This document shows, in pieces, positions 9,904 to 19,588 of a stretch of DNA of 64,000 nucleotides. The stretch comes from Lachnospira sp. Its GTDB lineage: Bacteria; Bacillota; Clostridia; Lachnospirales; Lachnospiraceae. Every line of letters starts with the position of its first letter. Position 1 is the first letter of the stretch. The translations under genes and the position numbers were made by a program. The stretch lies in the NCBI GenBank assembly GCA_050874785.1, contig JBNMLJ010000002.1, positions 37,278 through 101,277 on the forward strand, given 5' to 3'. Below the pieces are notes generated by a model. It saw only the letters and a program-made list of their open reading frames with translations, searched no databases and had not been told where the DNA came from.

Positions 9904-10548
9904 ATGAAAATATTAAAGTTATCAGATATATCAAAGCAGTACAATGACATCACAGTTCTTGATAATGCTAATGCAGAATTTACTTCATCTAAGATAACCT
10001 GTGTTATGGGGCAGTCAGGAGCTGGAAAGACTACACTTCTTAATATTATAATGGGAGTTGTTAAGGCAGATAAAGGCATAGTGGAATTCGTTAATGATAA
10101 TGGACAAAGCATTAAGCCAGGACTTTCAGCAGTATTTCAGGATTGCAGGCTTATAGAGCATCTGACACCAGTTGTTAATGTTAAAATGGTGCTAAAGAAG
10201 AATAAGAAGAATTCTGCCGGTGACGGGGCTTTTGCTGTAAAAGGTGAACTTTTAAAGCTTCTTGATAAAGAGGCACTGGATAAGCCCTGTAGTGAATTAA
10301 GCGGCGGTATGAAAAGGCGTGTTGAGATTGTAAGGGCAGTTATGGCTGAGTCGGATATAGTTGTTATGGACGAGCCATTTGCTGGCCTTGATGAAGTTAC
10401 AAAAGATAAAGTTATTAACTATATAATGAATAATATTAACAATCGTGTTGTGATAATATCCACACACGATGAGGAAGATGTAAAAAAATTAAGTGCCAAT
10501 GTGCTTTTTGTTGACAATAAAGCTGGCAGTTGCTACAATAATGTGTGA
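9904..10548 (+). CDS. ABC transporter ATP-binding protein
   Basis: Walker A GQSGAGKTT, signature LSGGMKRR, Walker B IVVMDEPFAGLD and H-loop STHD. I chose the ATG at 9904 (MKILKLSDI). Confidence 0.85.
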   Translation: MKILKLSDISKQYNDITVLDNANAEFTSSKITCVMGQSGAGKTTLLNIIMGVVKADKGIVEFVNDNGQSIKPGLSAVFQDCRLIEHLTPVVNVKMVLKKNKKNSAGDGAFAVKGELLKLLDKEALDKPCSELSGGMKRRVEIVRAVMAESDIVVMDEPFAGLDEVTKDKVINYIMNNINNRVVIISTHDEEDVKKLSANVLFVDNKAGSCYNNV

Positions 10549-10591
10549 TTTTAGATGACTGTCATATATTGGCAGTATGGAGGAAAGAGAT

Positions 10592-12140
<1,549 letters not shown>

Positions 12141-12158
12141 TTATAAGCAAAATATAAA

Positions 12159-12196
12159 CCCCTCCTTACTGTATTGGTAAGGAGGGGTATTTTTTG
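12159..12196. terminator. Terminator between convergent ilvC and the PIG-L gene, probably bidirectional
   Basis: CCCCTCCTTAC (12159-12169) pairs with GTAAGGAGGGG (12177-12187), followed by TATTTTTT. An A-rich stretch lies upstream. Confidence 0.8.
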
Positions 12197-12215
12197 TAAT
12201 AGGAATTCTGATGGA

Positions 12216-13712
12216 TTACTGCTTATTCTCGAATTCATCCTTGTTCTCATCATATTTTTTCTTATATAAATTTCTGGTTCTATATGCCTGTGTTATAATA
12301 ACAACTCCGATTATAATAATGGCAATTATTGTAACTGCTAGTTGTTTGATATCTGGCTTGCTGGTTGTGACATCATCAGCAGTATCCTCTGGGTCAACGC
12401 CAAATTCAACATCTATAGGTTCGTCCGTCTTTGTTGCAACCTGATCCTTATATGGTGTGACATTTTCCATCATATTATTAGTTGTATCCAAGCCGACAAG
12501 AGTTCTGTAAAGTCCGAATGAACGTGTATCGAATTGTCCATTAAAGGTTATTGCATAACCGCTGTCAAGCATATTAAATGAATAAGATATCTGTGATACG
12601 TGTTTTTTGAAAGCTTCCTGCAATACCTGTACAGAAGTGCGGCCGCCAAGCTTATCAAGAGGTGTATCTACATCAAGAGTTATTGTGTTATCACCATAAA
12701 GATGATAATAAGCCTTTGGAACGTCCCATAAGCCATACTTGGAAGCTGACTCAGGATACATATCAGCATTATTGGAAGCCTCTAATGCTTCCTGTATTGC
12801 GGCGGCATATATACGGTGCCCGCCGTGTCCATATTCACCATTGAAATCCTGTGATACACATACTAAAGGCTTGAACTTTCTTATACATTCTGTTGAATAC
12901 GCGATAATATCATCATATACATACTGTGATTTGGCTTTTTCAAGGCTTAAGGAGTATAAGTCCTCAAATGTTCCTTTAACAGGATAATTCTTAATTCCAC
13001 ATTCCCATAGACCATCAAGTTCCTCGTGCTGTCTTACAGGTTCGGTGAGAAAGAAATCGCACATATAAGCAATCTGTACATTAAGATTTTGCTCACCGCC
13101 GTAGTTAGTAAGAACTCCGCCTAAGAATAATATCTCATCATCAGCGTGTGTTGAGAATACAAGGATATCTGTCATTCCGTAGAGAGGTGCTTCCCATCTT
13201 TGCACATTGTCAGAAAGATTTCCCTTGGAATATGCGTATATGTCAGATATCTGCATACCCTCTGGTACATTTATTGTAATATCACGGCTTCCGTCTTTGA
13301 TATCCTTATAATCGTGAAGAAATCCATTTTCTCCACACTTAACAGTCTGGCTGTTATAAGTAATTGTATAATTAGTGACTTCACTGCTCCAGATTATGTA
13401 AAGCCCATAAATATCCTCGTCTGCCTTTACATTTACTGTGGCATTAGGGACAAGATTGATAGTTGTATCATATGAGCCGTCTGTTAAATTCTTAGTGTAA
13501 TTAGATACACTGCCATTATTATTAACAGATACAGTTATGTCTATAGTATGTGCTGTATCACTGTTAGTTGTGGCAGAATTTCCAGATATGATGTCTGGTG
13601 CATTTGCAATATTAGCAGTACTGCTGTCCGCGGCATAGGAAATGGTGTGTGCAGACAACACTATTCCGATGGCGGAAAATGCAATGACAGCAGATTTAAG
13701 TAGCTGTTTCAT
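12216..13712 (-). CDS. Secreted, membrane-anchored PIG-L/LmbE-family deacetylase
   Basis: N-terminal signal-like segment; VFSTHADDEILFLGG resembles the PIG-L AHPDDE motif. A C-terminal transmembrane segment (AVTIIAIIIIGVVIITQA) is followed by a basic tail. Confidence 0.7.
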   Translation of the reverse strand: MKQLLKSAVIAFSAIGIVLSAHTISYAADSSTANIANAPDIISGNSATTNSDTAHTIDITVSVNNNGSVSNYTKNLTDGSYDTTINLVPNATVNVKADEDIYGLYIIWSSEVTNYTITYNSQTVKCGENGFLHDYKDIKDGSRDITINVPEGMQISDIYAYSKGNLSDNVQRWEAPLYGMTDILVFSTHADDEILFLGGVLTNYGGEQNLNVQIAYMCDFFLTEPVRQHEELDGLWECGIKNYPVKGTFEDLYSLSLEKAKSQYVYDDIIAYSTECIRKFKPLVCVSQDFNGEYGHGGHRIYAAAIQEALEASNNADMYPESASKYGLWDVPKAYYHLYGDNTITLDVDTPLDKLGGRTSVQVLQEAFKKHVSQISYSFNMLDSGYAITFNGQFDTRSFGLYRTLVGLDTTNNMMENVTPYKDQVATKTDEPIDVEFGVDPEDTADDVTTSKPDIKQLAVTIIAIIIIGVVIITQAYRTRNLYKKKYDENKDEFENKQ

Positions 13713-13912
13713 TATTAATCTCCAATCTGTGTATATTTAATATTTATATTGTTTTTACCATATGGTAAAATAGCATATTATGCGCATACTTTCAAGGAAA
13801 GATGTAAAATGGCACGTTCAAATAGATACGTTTTAATTAGACAGAGGCGTTTAAATTAGACAAGTATGTTTAAATAGCAATAACAGACATAAGGAAAGAA
13901 GATATTAGTAAA

Positions 13913-14839
13913 ATGAGGCTGAGAGTTGGAATATGTAATAACGAAATAATAAATGCCCAGACAGAGCTTGTCATAAGCCATATTAAAAAGGTACATAAGG
14001 ATGTAAGCTTTACTAAGGTCAATATAGGAAACGGCAGACATTTTAATACATCAGGAATGGCAGGATTGCCTGAAAATGTATTATATAATATGAAAGATGT
14101 TATGCCGTGGGCAGTGGCTGTATCCGATGCAATATCAGCAGGTTATATAGATGTGGGAGTTACAGGTCTGAATGAACTTTTTACTAATGATATGTCTGAA
14201 ATATTAAAATCGGGTGTTGCGCTTAGTGCGATAACAAAAAGACGTGACACAAGGGCTGTGCTTATAACTAAGAAGAAACGAAGAAGTACTGATACAGATA
14301 ATAAAGTAAAGCTTTATACGGACAATTACGACAAGCTTAAAAGGTGCAGATATATTTATGATAATACCGAGTGCGGGCTTTTAGATACAATAGAGGAATG
14401 CATTGATATGCTTATGGAAAATGAGTGTGACGGGGTATTTGCAGGAAGCGATAATGTAAGAATGTTAAGGCTCAACCATATAAGGGGCTGTGAGTATAAT
14501 TATGTGGAGAATAATGTATACATACCGGATACAGGGGAGGCGGTGTCTGCAATAATTACCGCTGATGATGATGAAATATGCAGTATTATGGAGAAGGCAA
14601 GCGATGAAAAGACTATAAAGATAATAGATATAGAAAGCACATTAATAGGGCGTATTAAGTCTTACGGAATGGTAGACGATGCGAAGGTGATTGTATCATT
14701 TAATGGTAAAAATGCTTTCATTGCCGCCAATATATACAGGGGTGATAAGAGCTTCCGTTGTGAGGTGAAAGGTGAAGATGTATATATTGAGAGAATGATG
14801 GATAAACTTGTCAGACAGATTTTGCATAAATTAGCGTGA
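13913..14839 (+). CDS. Porphobilinogen deaminase (HemC)-like protein, apparently degenerate
   Basis: By eye it is colinear with HemC: LRVGICNNEIINAQTELVISHIKK vs [18 protein letters not shown], and PDTGEAVSAIITADDD vs PAVGQGAVGIECRLDD. The conserved Arg/Lys/Asp residues and the cofactor Cys are not recognisable. Confidence 0.45.
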   Translation: MRLRVGICNNEIINAQTELVISHIKKVHKDVSFTKVNIGNGRHFNTSGMAGLPENVLYNMKDVMPWAVAVSDAISAGYIDVGVTGLNELFTNDMSEILKSGVALSAITKRRDTRAVLITKKKRRSTDTDNKVKLYTDNYDKLKRCRYIYDNTECGLLDTIEECIDMLMENECDGVFAGSDNVRMLRLNHIRGCEYNYVENNVYIPDTGEAVSAIITADDDEICSIMEKASDEKTIKIIDIESTLIGRIKSYGMVDDAKVIVSFNGKNAFIAANIYRGDKSFRCEVKGEDVYIERMMDKLVRQILHKLA

Positions 14840-14907
14840 TTAATATTGACAGATATGTTATTATTAAAATGTTGAATTATATATAGACTAGATGGGAATG
14901 GTAATTT

Positions 14908-15690
14908 ATGGAATTTAAGAAGATAAATGAAGACAAGTTTCAATGTCTGTTATACGAAGAGGATCTTGAATATAATAACATAACACTTGATGATTTCTTT
15001 AGAAATGATACAGAAAAGATACATAATCTGTTGGAAGTTATTATGGACGAAGCACATAAGAATATAGGAGTTGAGCTTGGTGGCGGAGTTATGTCATTAC
15101 AGCTTGCGCCACAGCCGGACCATTCAATTCTTCTTACTGTATCATCAGGAAAAGAAGATTTTGGCAATATGTTAAAGCAGGCAGGTGAGAGAGCAGCAAA
15201 AGCTTTAGGTGACAGGCCAAAGAATGAGAGCAATGTTATAAAGAATGGCGGCGAGGATCTTAAAGCTCCGGAGTTCGCGGCATTTGACAAGTTAAAAGAT
15301 ATATTTGACCAGATGAAAGACACACCTGAGGCAGAGAAATTTATAAAAGAAGCTAAGAAAGCTAAAGATAATAAGCCAAAGGTCAGTGATGTTGTGACTG
15401 TAGGCTATGGCGTATATATTCTTGACAGCTTTGAGGACTTTGAAGATATGTGTATGGTATGCCCTAAAGTATGGGGAGTTGCCAATGGAATATATAAGAA
15501 GGACAACCAGTATTATCTTGTGCTTGAGAAGGGAAGATGTGCCAAGGAACGCTATAACTCAATATGTAATGTTATAAGCGAGTATGCACGCCTTGACTCA
15601 GAGAAAGAGCAGAGAGTTATATGGGTTAAGGAGAATTGCGAGACGATTATAAAAGCTAATGCGATTAATAAAGTTAAGAAGTATTTATAA
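14908..15690 (+). CDS. mecA: Adaptor protein MecA (ClpC adaptor)
   Basis: MEFKKINEDKFQCLLYEEDLE...DDFF resembles the MecA N-terminal domain. It is followed by an acidic/basic linker and a C-terminal domain of about 100 aa. Confidence 0.7.
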   Translation: MEFKKINEDKFQCLLYEEDLEYNNITLDDFFRNDTEKIHNLLEVIMDEAHKNIGVELGGGVMSLQLAPQPDHSILLTVSSGKEDFGNMLKQAGERAAKALGDRPKNESNVIKNGGEDLKAPEFAAFDKLKDIFDQMKDTPEAEKFIKEAKKAKDNKPKVSDVVTVGYGVYILDSFEDFEDMCMVCPKVWGVANGIYKKDNQYYLVLEKGRCAKERYNSICNVISEYARLDSEKEQRVIWVKENCETIIKANAINKVKKYL

Positions 15691-15705
15691 TTAAGGGAGA
15701 AGAAT

Positions 15706-16761
15706 ATGAGGTATCCACATTTTCTTGACTGTAATGGAAATATAGGCTTCGTTGCACCATCATTTGGCTGTGCAACGGAGCCTTATATTACAGGTTTTAA
15801 AAAGGCACAGGAAAGATTTAAAAATATGGGCTATGGAATAGTCAATGGTCCTAATGTATATGAGGCAAATGGAATTGGAATAAGCAATACACCAGAGCTT
15901 TGCGGACAGGAGCTTACTGATATGTACACATCTGACCAGTCTGATGTGTTGATATCCTGCGGCGGTGGTGAGCTTATGTGTGAAATTCTTGGTTATGTTG
16001 ACTGGGATAAGATTGTTAAAGCTAAACCTAAGTGGTTTATGGGATATTCTGACAATACGAATTTTACATTTCTTCTTAATACAATAGCTGATACAGCAAG
16101 CATATATGGACCTTGTGCGGCGGCATTTGGCGCAGACCAGCTTCATAATTCACAGCTTGATGCAATAAGTGTGCTGACAGGAGAAAAGCTTAATATAAGC
16201 GGTTATGATATGTGGGAAAAGGAGTCTTTAAAGACAGAGGACAATCCTACACCAGCGTACAACCTTACTGAGAAAAAGGTGCTTACAGCCTATATAGGAG
16301 ATAGGAAGCTTGAGAATAATTCAGAAAGCTTTAATAATATAAAGGTATCAGGCAGGCTTGTAGGTGGCTGTATGGACTGTCTTGTCAACCTTTTAGGAAC
16401 TAAATACGATAAAGTTAAGGAATTTAACAGCAAATACAGTGATGACGGTATTATATGGTTTCTTGAAAGCTGCGACCTTAATGTATTTTCAATAAGAAGG
16501 GCTATGTGGCAGATGGACAATGCAGGCTGGTTTAAAAATGTTAAGGCATTTGTAATTGGAAGACCACTTGTATACGGACAGGAAATGATGGGACTTGACC
16601 AGTACAGTGCCATTATTAAAACAGCAGGAAGATACAATGTCCCAGTAATTATGGATGTGGATCTGGGACATCTTCCACCAGCAATGCCTGTAATAAGCGG
16701 TGCATATGCAGAAGTTTCTGTTAAAGATGATAATATACATTTTTCATATAAGTTAAAGTAA
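15706..16761 (+). CDS. LD-carboxypeptidase (peptidase S66, LdcA/MccF family)
   Basis: Contains IGFVAPSF, MGYSDNTNFTFLL (the nucleophile Ser region) and DVDLGHLPP (the His region). Confidence 0.85.
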   Translation: MRYPHFLDCNGNIGFVAPSFGCATEPYITGFKKAQERFKNMGYGIVNGPNVYEANGIGISNTPELCGQELTDMYTSDQSDVLISCGGGELMCEILGYVDWDKIVKAKPKWFMGYSDNTNFTFLLNTIADTASIYGPCAAAFGADQLHNSQLDAISVLTGEKLNISGYDMWEKESLKTEDNPTPAYNLTEKKVLTAYIGDRKLENNSESFNNIKVSGRLVGGCMDCLVNLLGTKYDKVKEFNSKYSDDGIIWFLESCDLNVFSIRRAMWQMDNAGWFKNVKAFVIGRPLVYGQEMMGLDQYSAIIKTAGRYNVPVIMDVDLGHLPPAMPVISGAYAEVSVKDDNIHFSYKLK

Positions 16762-16878
16762 TATATAAGAATGTAAAGAGTTAAGATATCTTGCAAATGT
16801 ATGGAATATACTGTAAAATAAATAAGATTAAGCGTTAAATATATAAGTATATACTTCGCGGATAAAGGAGGATTTATA

Positions 16879-18144
16879 ATGGGAATGACAATGACACAGA
16901 AGATTCTTGCGGCTCACGCAGGTCTTTCTGAAGTTAAAGCAGGACAATTAATTGAGGCGGACTTAGACCTCGTACTTGGTAATGATATTACATCTCCAGT
17001 TGCCATTCATGAAATGGATAAGATGACTGTTAAGACAGTATTTGATAAGGATAAGATTGCACTTGTTCCAGATCATTTTGTACCTAATAAGGATATTAAG
17101 TCAGCAGAGCACTGCAAATGCGTAAGAGAATTCGCAGCAAAGCACGATATTACTAACTACTTTGAAGTAGGACAGATGGGTATTGAGCACGCACTTTTAC
17201 CAGAGCAGGGACTTACAGTAGCTGGCGATGTTATTATCGGTGCTGATTCACATACTTGTACATATGGTGCACTTGGTGCATTCTCAACAGGTGTAGGTTC
17301 AACAGATATGGCTGCAGGTATGGCAACAGGCAAGGCATGGTTTAAAGTACCATCAGCTATTAAGTTCAATCTTACAGGAAAGCTTAACCCTTGGGTAAGC
17401 GGTAAAGATGTAATTCTTCATATTATCGGAATGATAGGTGTTGACGGAGCTCTTTATAAGTCTATGGAATTTGCTGGTCCGGGAGTATCTACACTTACTA
17501 TGGATGATAGATTTACTATTGCCAATATGGCTATAGAAGCAGGTGGAAAGAACGGAATATTCCCTGTTGATGATCTTGCAAGAGAGTATATGAAGGAACA
17601 TTCTAAGAGACCATTTGTTGAATATACAGCAGATGACGATGCAGAATACGATCAGGTAATTGATATTGACCTTAGCACAATTAAGTCAACAGTAGCATTC
17701 CCACATCTTCCAGAGAATACACACACAGTTGACTCTATAGATGATATCAAGATTGATCAGGTAGTCATCGGTTCATGTACTAATGGACGTATTGATGATT
17801 TAAGATGTGCCGCTAAGATATTAGAAGGCAGAAAGGTAGCAAAGGGCTTAAGAGTAATCGTTATCCCAGCTACACAGAAGATATATATGCAGGCTATAGA
17901 AGAAGGTCTTGTACAGACATTTATTAAGGCAGGAGCAGTAGTCAGCACACCAACCTGCGGACCATGTCTTGGTGGATATATGGGTATCCTTGCAGAAGGC
18001 GAGAGGTGTGTATCAACAACTAACAGAAACTTTGTTGGACGTATGGGACACGTTGATTCAGAAATATATCTTGCAAGCCCTGCTGTTGCAGCAGCAAGTG
18101 CAGTTACAGGCAAGATAAGCCAGCCATCTGACCTTGGTTTATAA
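16879..18144 (+). CDS. leuC: 3-isopropylmalate dehydratase large subunit
   Basis: [37 protein letters not shown] and CGPCLG match the aconitase-family Fe-S ligand motifs. Confidence 0.95.
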   Translation: MGMTMTQKILAAHAGLSEVKAGQLIEADLDLVLGNDITSPVAIHEMDKMTVKTVFDKDKIALVPDHFVPNKDIKSAEHCKCVREFAAKHDITNYFEVGQMGIEHALLPEQGLTVAGDVIIGADSHTCTYGALGAFSTGVGSTDMAAGMATGKAWFKVPSAIKFNLTGKLNPWVSGKDVILHIIGMIGVDGALYKSMEFAGPGVSTLTMDDRFTIANMAIEAGGKNGIFPVDDLAREYMKEHSKRPFVEYTADDDAEYDQVIDIDLSTIKSTVAFPHLPENTHTVDSIDDIKIDQVVIGSCTNGRIDDLRCAAKILEGRKVAKGLRVIVIPATQKIYMQAIEEGLVQTFIKAGAVVSTPTCGPCLGGYMGILAEGERCVSTTNRNFVGRMGHVDSEIYLASPAVAAASAVTGKISQPSDLGL

Positions 18145-18231
18145 TATTGTAATTAAGACACTGAAATATTAGAACATACATAATTATTATGAATTATAAA
18201 TGTGTACGAATACACAGGAAATGAGGAGTAT

Positions 18232-18717
18232 ATGAAAGCAGAAGGAAGAGTTTTTAAATTCGGCGATAATGTAGATACAGATGTTATCATTCCTGCAAGA
18301 TATCTTAATTCTTCAGACCCAGCAGAGCTTGCTACTCACTGTATGGAAGATATCGATAAGGATTTTGTGAAAAATGTTAATAAAGGCGACATAATTGTTG
18401 CTAATAAGAACTTTGGATGTGGTTCATCAAGAGAGCACGCACCTATAGCTATTAAGGCAGCAGGTGTAAGCTGTGTTATTGCAGAGACATTTGCAAGAAT
18501 ATTCTACAGAAATTCAATTAACATCGGACTTCCTATTATAGAATGTCCAGAAGCAGCTAAGGCTATCAATGCAGGTGATGATGTAGCTATCGACTTTGAC
18601 AGCGGCGTTATCACAGACAAGACAACAGGACAGACATTCCAGGGACAGGCATTCCCAGAATTTATGCAGAAAATCATAAAGGCTGAGGGACTTGTGAATT
18701 ATATCAATAATAAATAA
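18232..18717 (+). CDS. leuD: 3-isopropylmalate dehydratase small subunit
   Basis: Contains [15 protein letters not shown] and [12 protein letters not shown]. The ATG at 18232 follows GAGGAG. Confidence 0.9.
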   Translation: MKAEGRVFKFGDNVDTDVIIPARYLNSSDPAELATHCMEDIDKDFVKNVNKGDIIVANKNFGCGSSREHAPIAIKAAGVSCVIAETFARIFYRNSINIGLPIIECPEAAKAINAGDDVAIDFDSGVITDKTTGQTFQGQAFPEFMQKIIKAEGLVNYINNK

Positions 18718-18782
18718 AATGCATTGCGCACCGGAGGCTGCTTAACGGACAATGACTCTATTGGCTTTTTGGCAGGACGGAC

Positions 18783-18937
18783 GAAATACAACAAAATAGC
18801 GGCTATATATCAACATCAGGCACGCTCTCGCTACTCTCAAACGCAGCTGATACTAAGGTGCTAAAGGACAGCACCTAAGTACCGGCGTTTTCAAAGTACC
18901 TGATTAACGATATATAGCCGCTATTTTGTTGTATTTC
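18783..18937 (+). repeat. Long rod-like hairpin element, copy 1 (29-bp perfect basal stem plus conserved core)
   Basis: GAAATACAACAAAATAGCGGCTATATATC (18783-18811) is the exact reverse complement of 18909-18937. The core is nearly identical to the reverse complement of 19394-19486. Confidence 0.85.
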
Positions 18938-19368
18938 TGGGTGCTGGTAGAAGATAGATGTAGATTGTTTAGTGGTAAGAGCAATCTGTATGTTCTATGA
19001 TATGTAATTGTCTATAAGATAGATGCATATAGTTTAGTGGCAAGCGCTCGTTGCGCATTGTATGTTGGGCGGGTATAGGTGTAGACGTGGGAATATAGAA
19101 TATATTCTATATTCTGTATGAATTGGGTTCTGACCTCCTAGGTTGAAGGATAGTTAATGGCTGCTGATAATAGTTTACAGTATATAAACTTGTAGATTAG
19201 CTGGTCATAAAATGAAATTATAATACAGAAAATATAGAAATAAAAATAACAGATATAACACAATTAAAGTGGTTGAAATAATTGCAATGTTGTTATAACT
19301 GTTATGTCTGTTATTTATTGGGAAGCTAAGTGAATAAGATAAATACCGTTTAAATGAATAGACACCCA

Positions 19369-19510
19369 GCGGGCGGAATAGCCAATATATCAAAAGTCAG
19401 GTACTTTGAAAACGCCGGTACTTAGGCGGTGTCCTTTACCGCCTTAGTATCCGCTGCGTTTGAGAGTAGCGAGAGCGTGCCTGACGTTGATATATTGGTA
19501 TTCCGCCCGC
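19369..19510 (-). repeat. Long rod-like hairpin element, copy 2 (inverted relative to copy 1, with a different basal stem)
   Basis: GCGGGCGGAATAGCCAATATATCAA (19369-19393) pairs with TTGATATATTGGTATTCCGCCCGC (19487-19510), leaving one bulged G. The core matches copy 1 apart from pairing-preserving changes. Confidence 0.85.
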
Positions 19511-19511
19511 G

Positions 19512-19568
19512 TCCGTTGTCAATTAAAATATCCGTTGTCAATTAAAATATCCGTTGTCAATTAAATTT
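19512..19568. repeat. Three tandem copies of the 19-bp unit TCCGTTGTCAATTAAAATA
   Basis: Units lie at 19512-19530, 19531-19549 and 19550-19568; the last ends ..AAATTT. A partial fourth copy, AATTGTCAATTA, lies at 19579-19590 over the AP2 gene stop codon. Confidence 0.9.
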
Positions 19569-19588
19569 ACAAGTCCCCTAATTGTCAA

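Noticed and set aside
19205-19393. 62-aa minus-strand ORF between the two hairpin elements
   Set aside because: Its supposed start lies inside the basal stem of hairpin copy 2. The sequence is low-complexity Leu/Tyr/Phe/Asn-rich with no RBS, so it is probably non-coding.
19512-19568. Tandem 19-bp repeats as a possible CRISPR array
   Set aside because: The units are directly adjacent with no spacers and are too short for CRISPR repeats. No cas genes are in the window.
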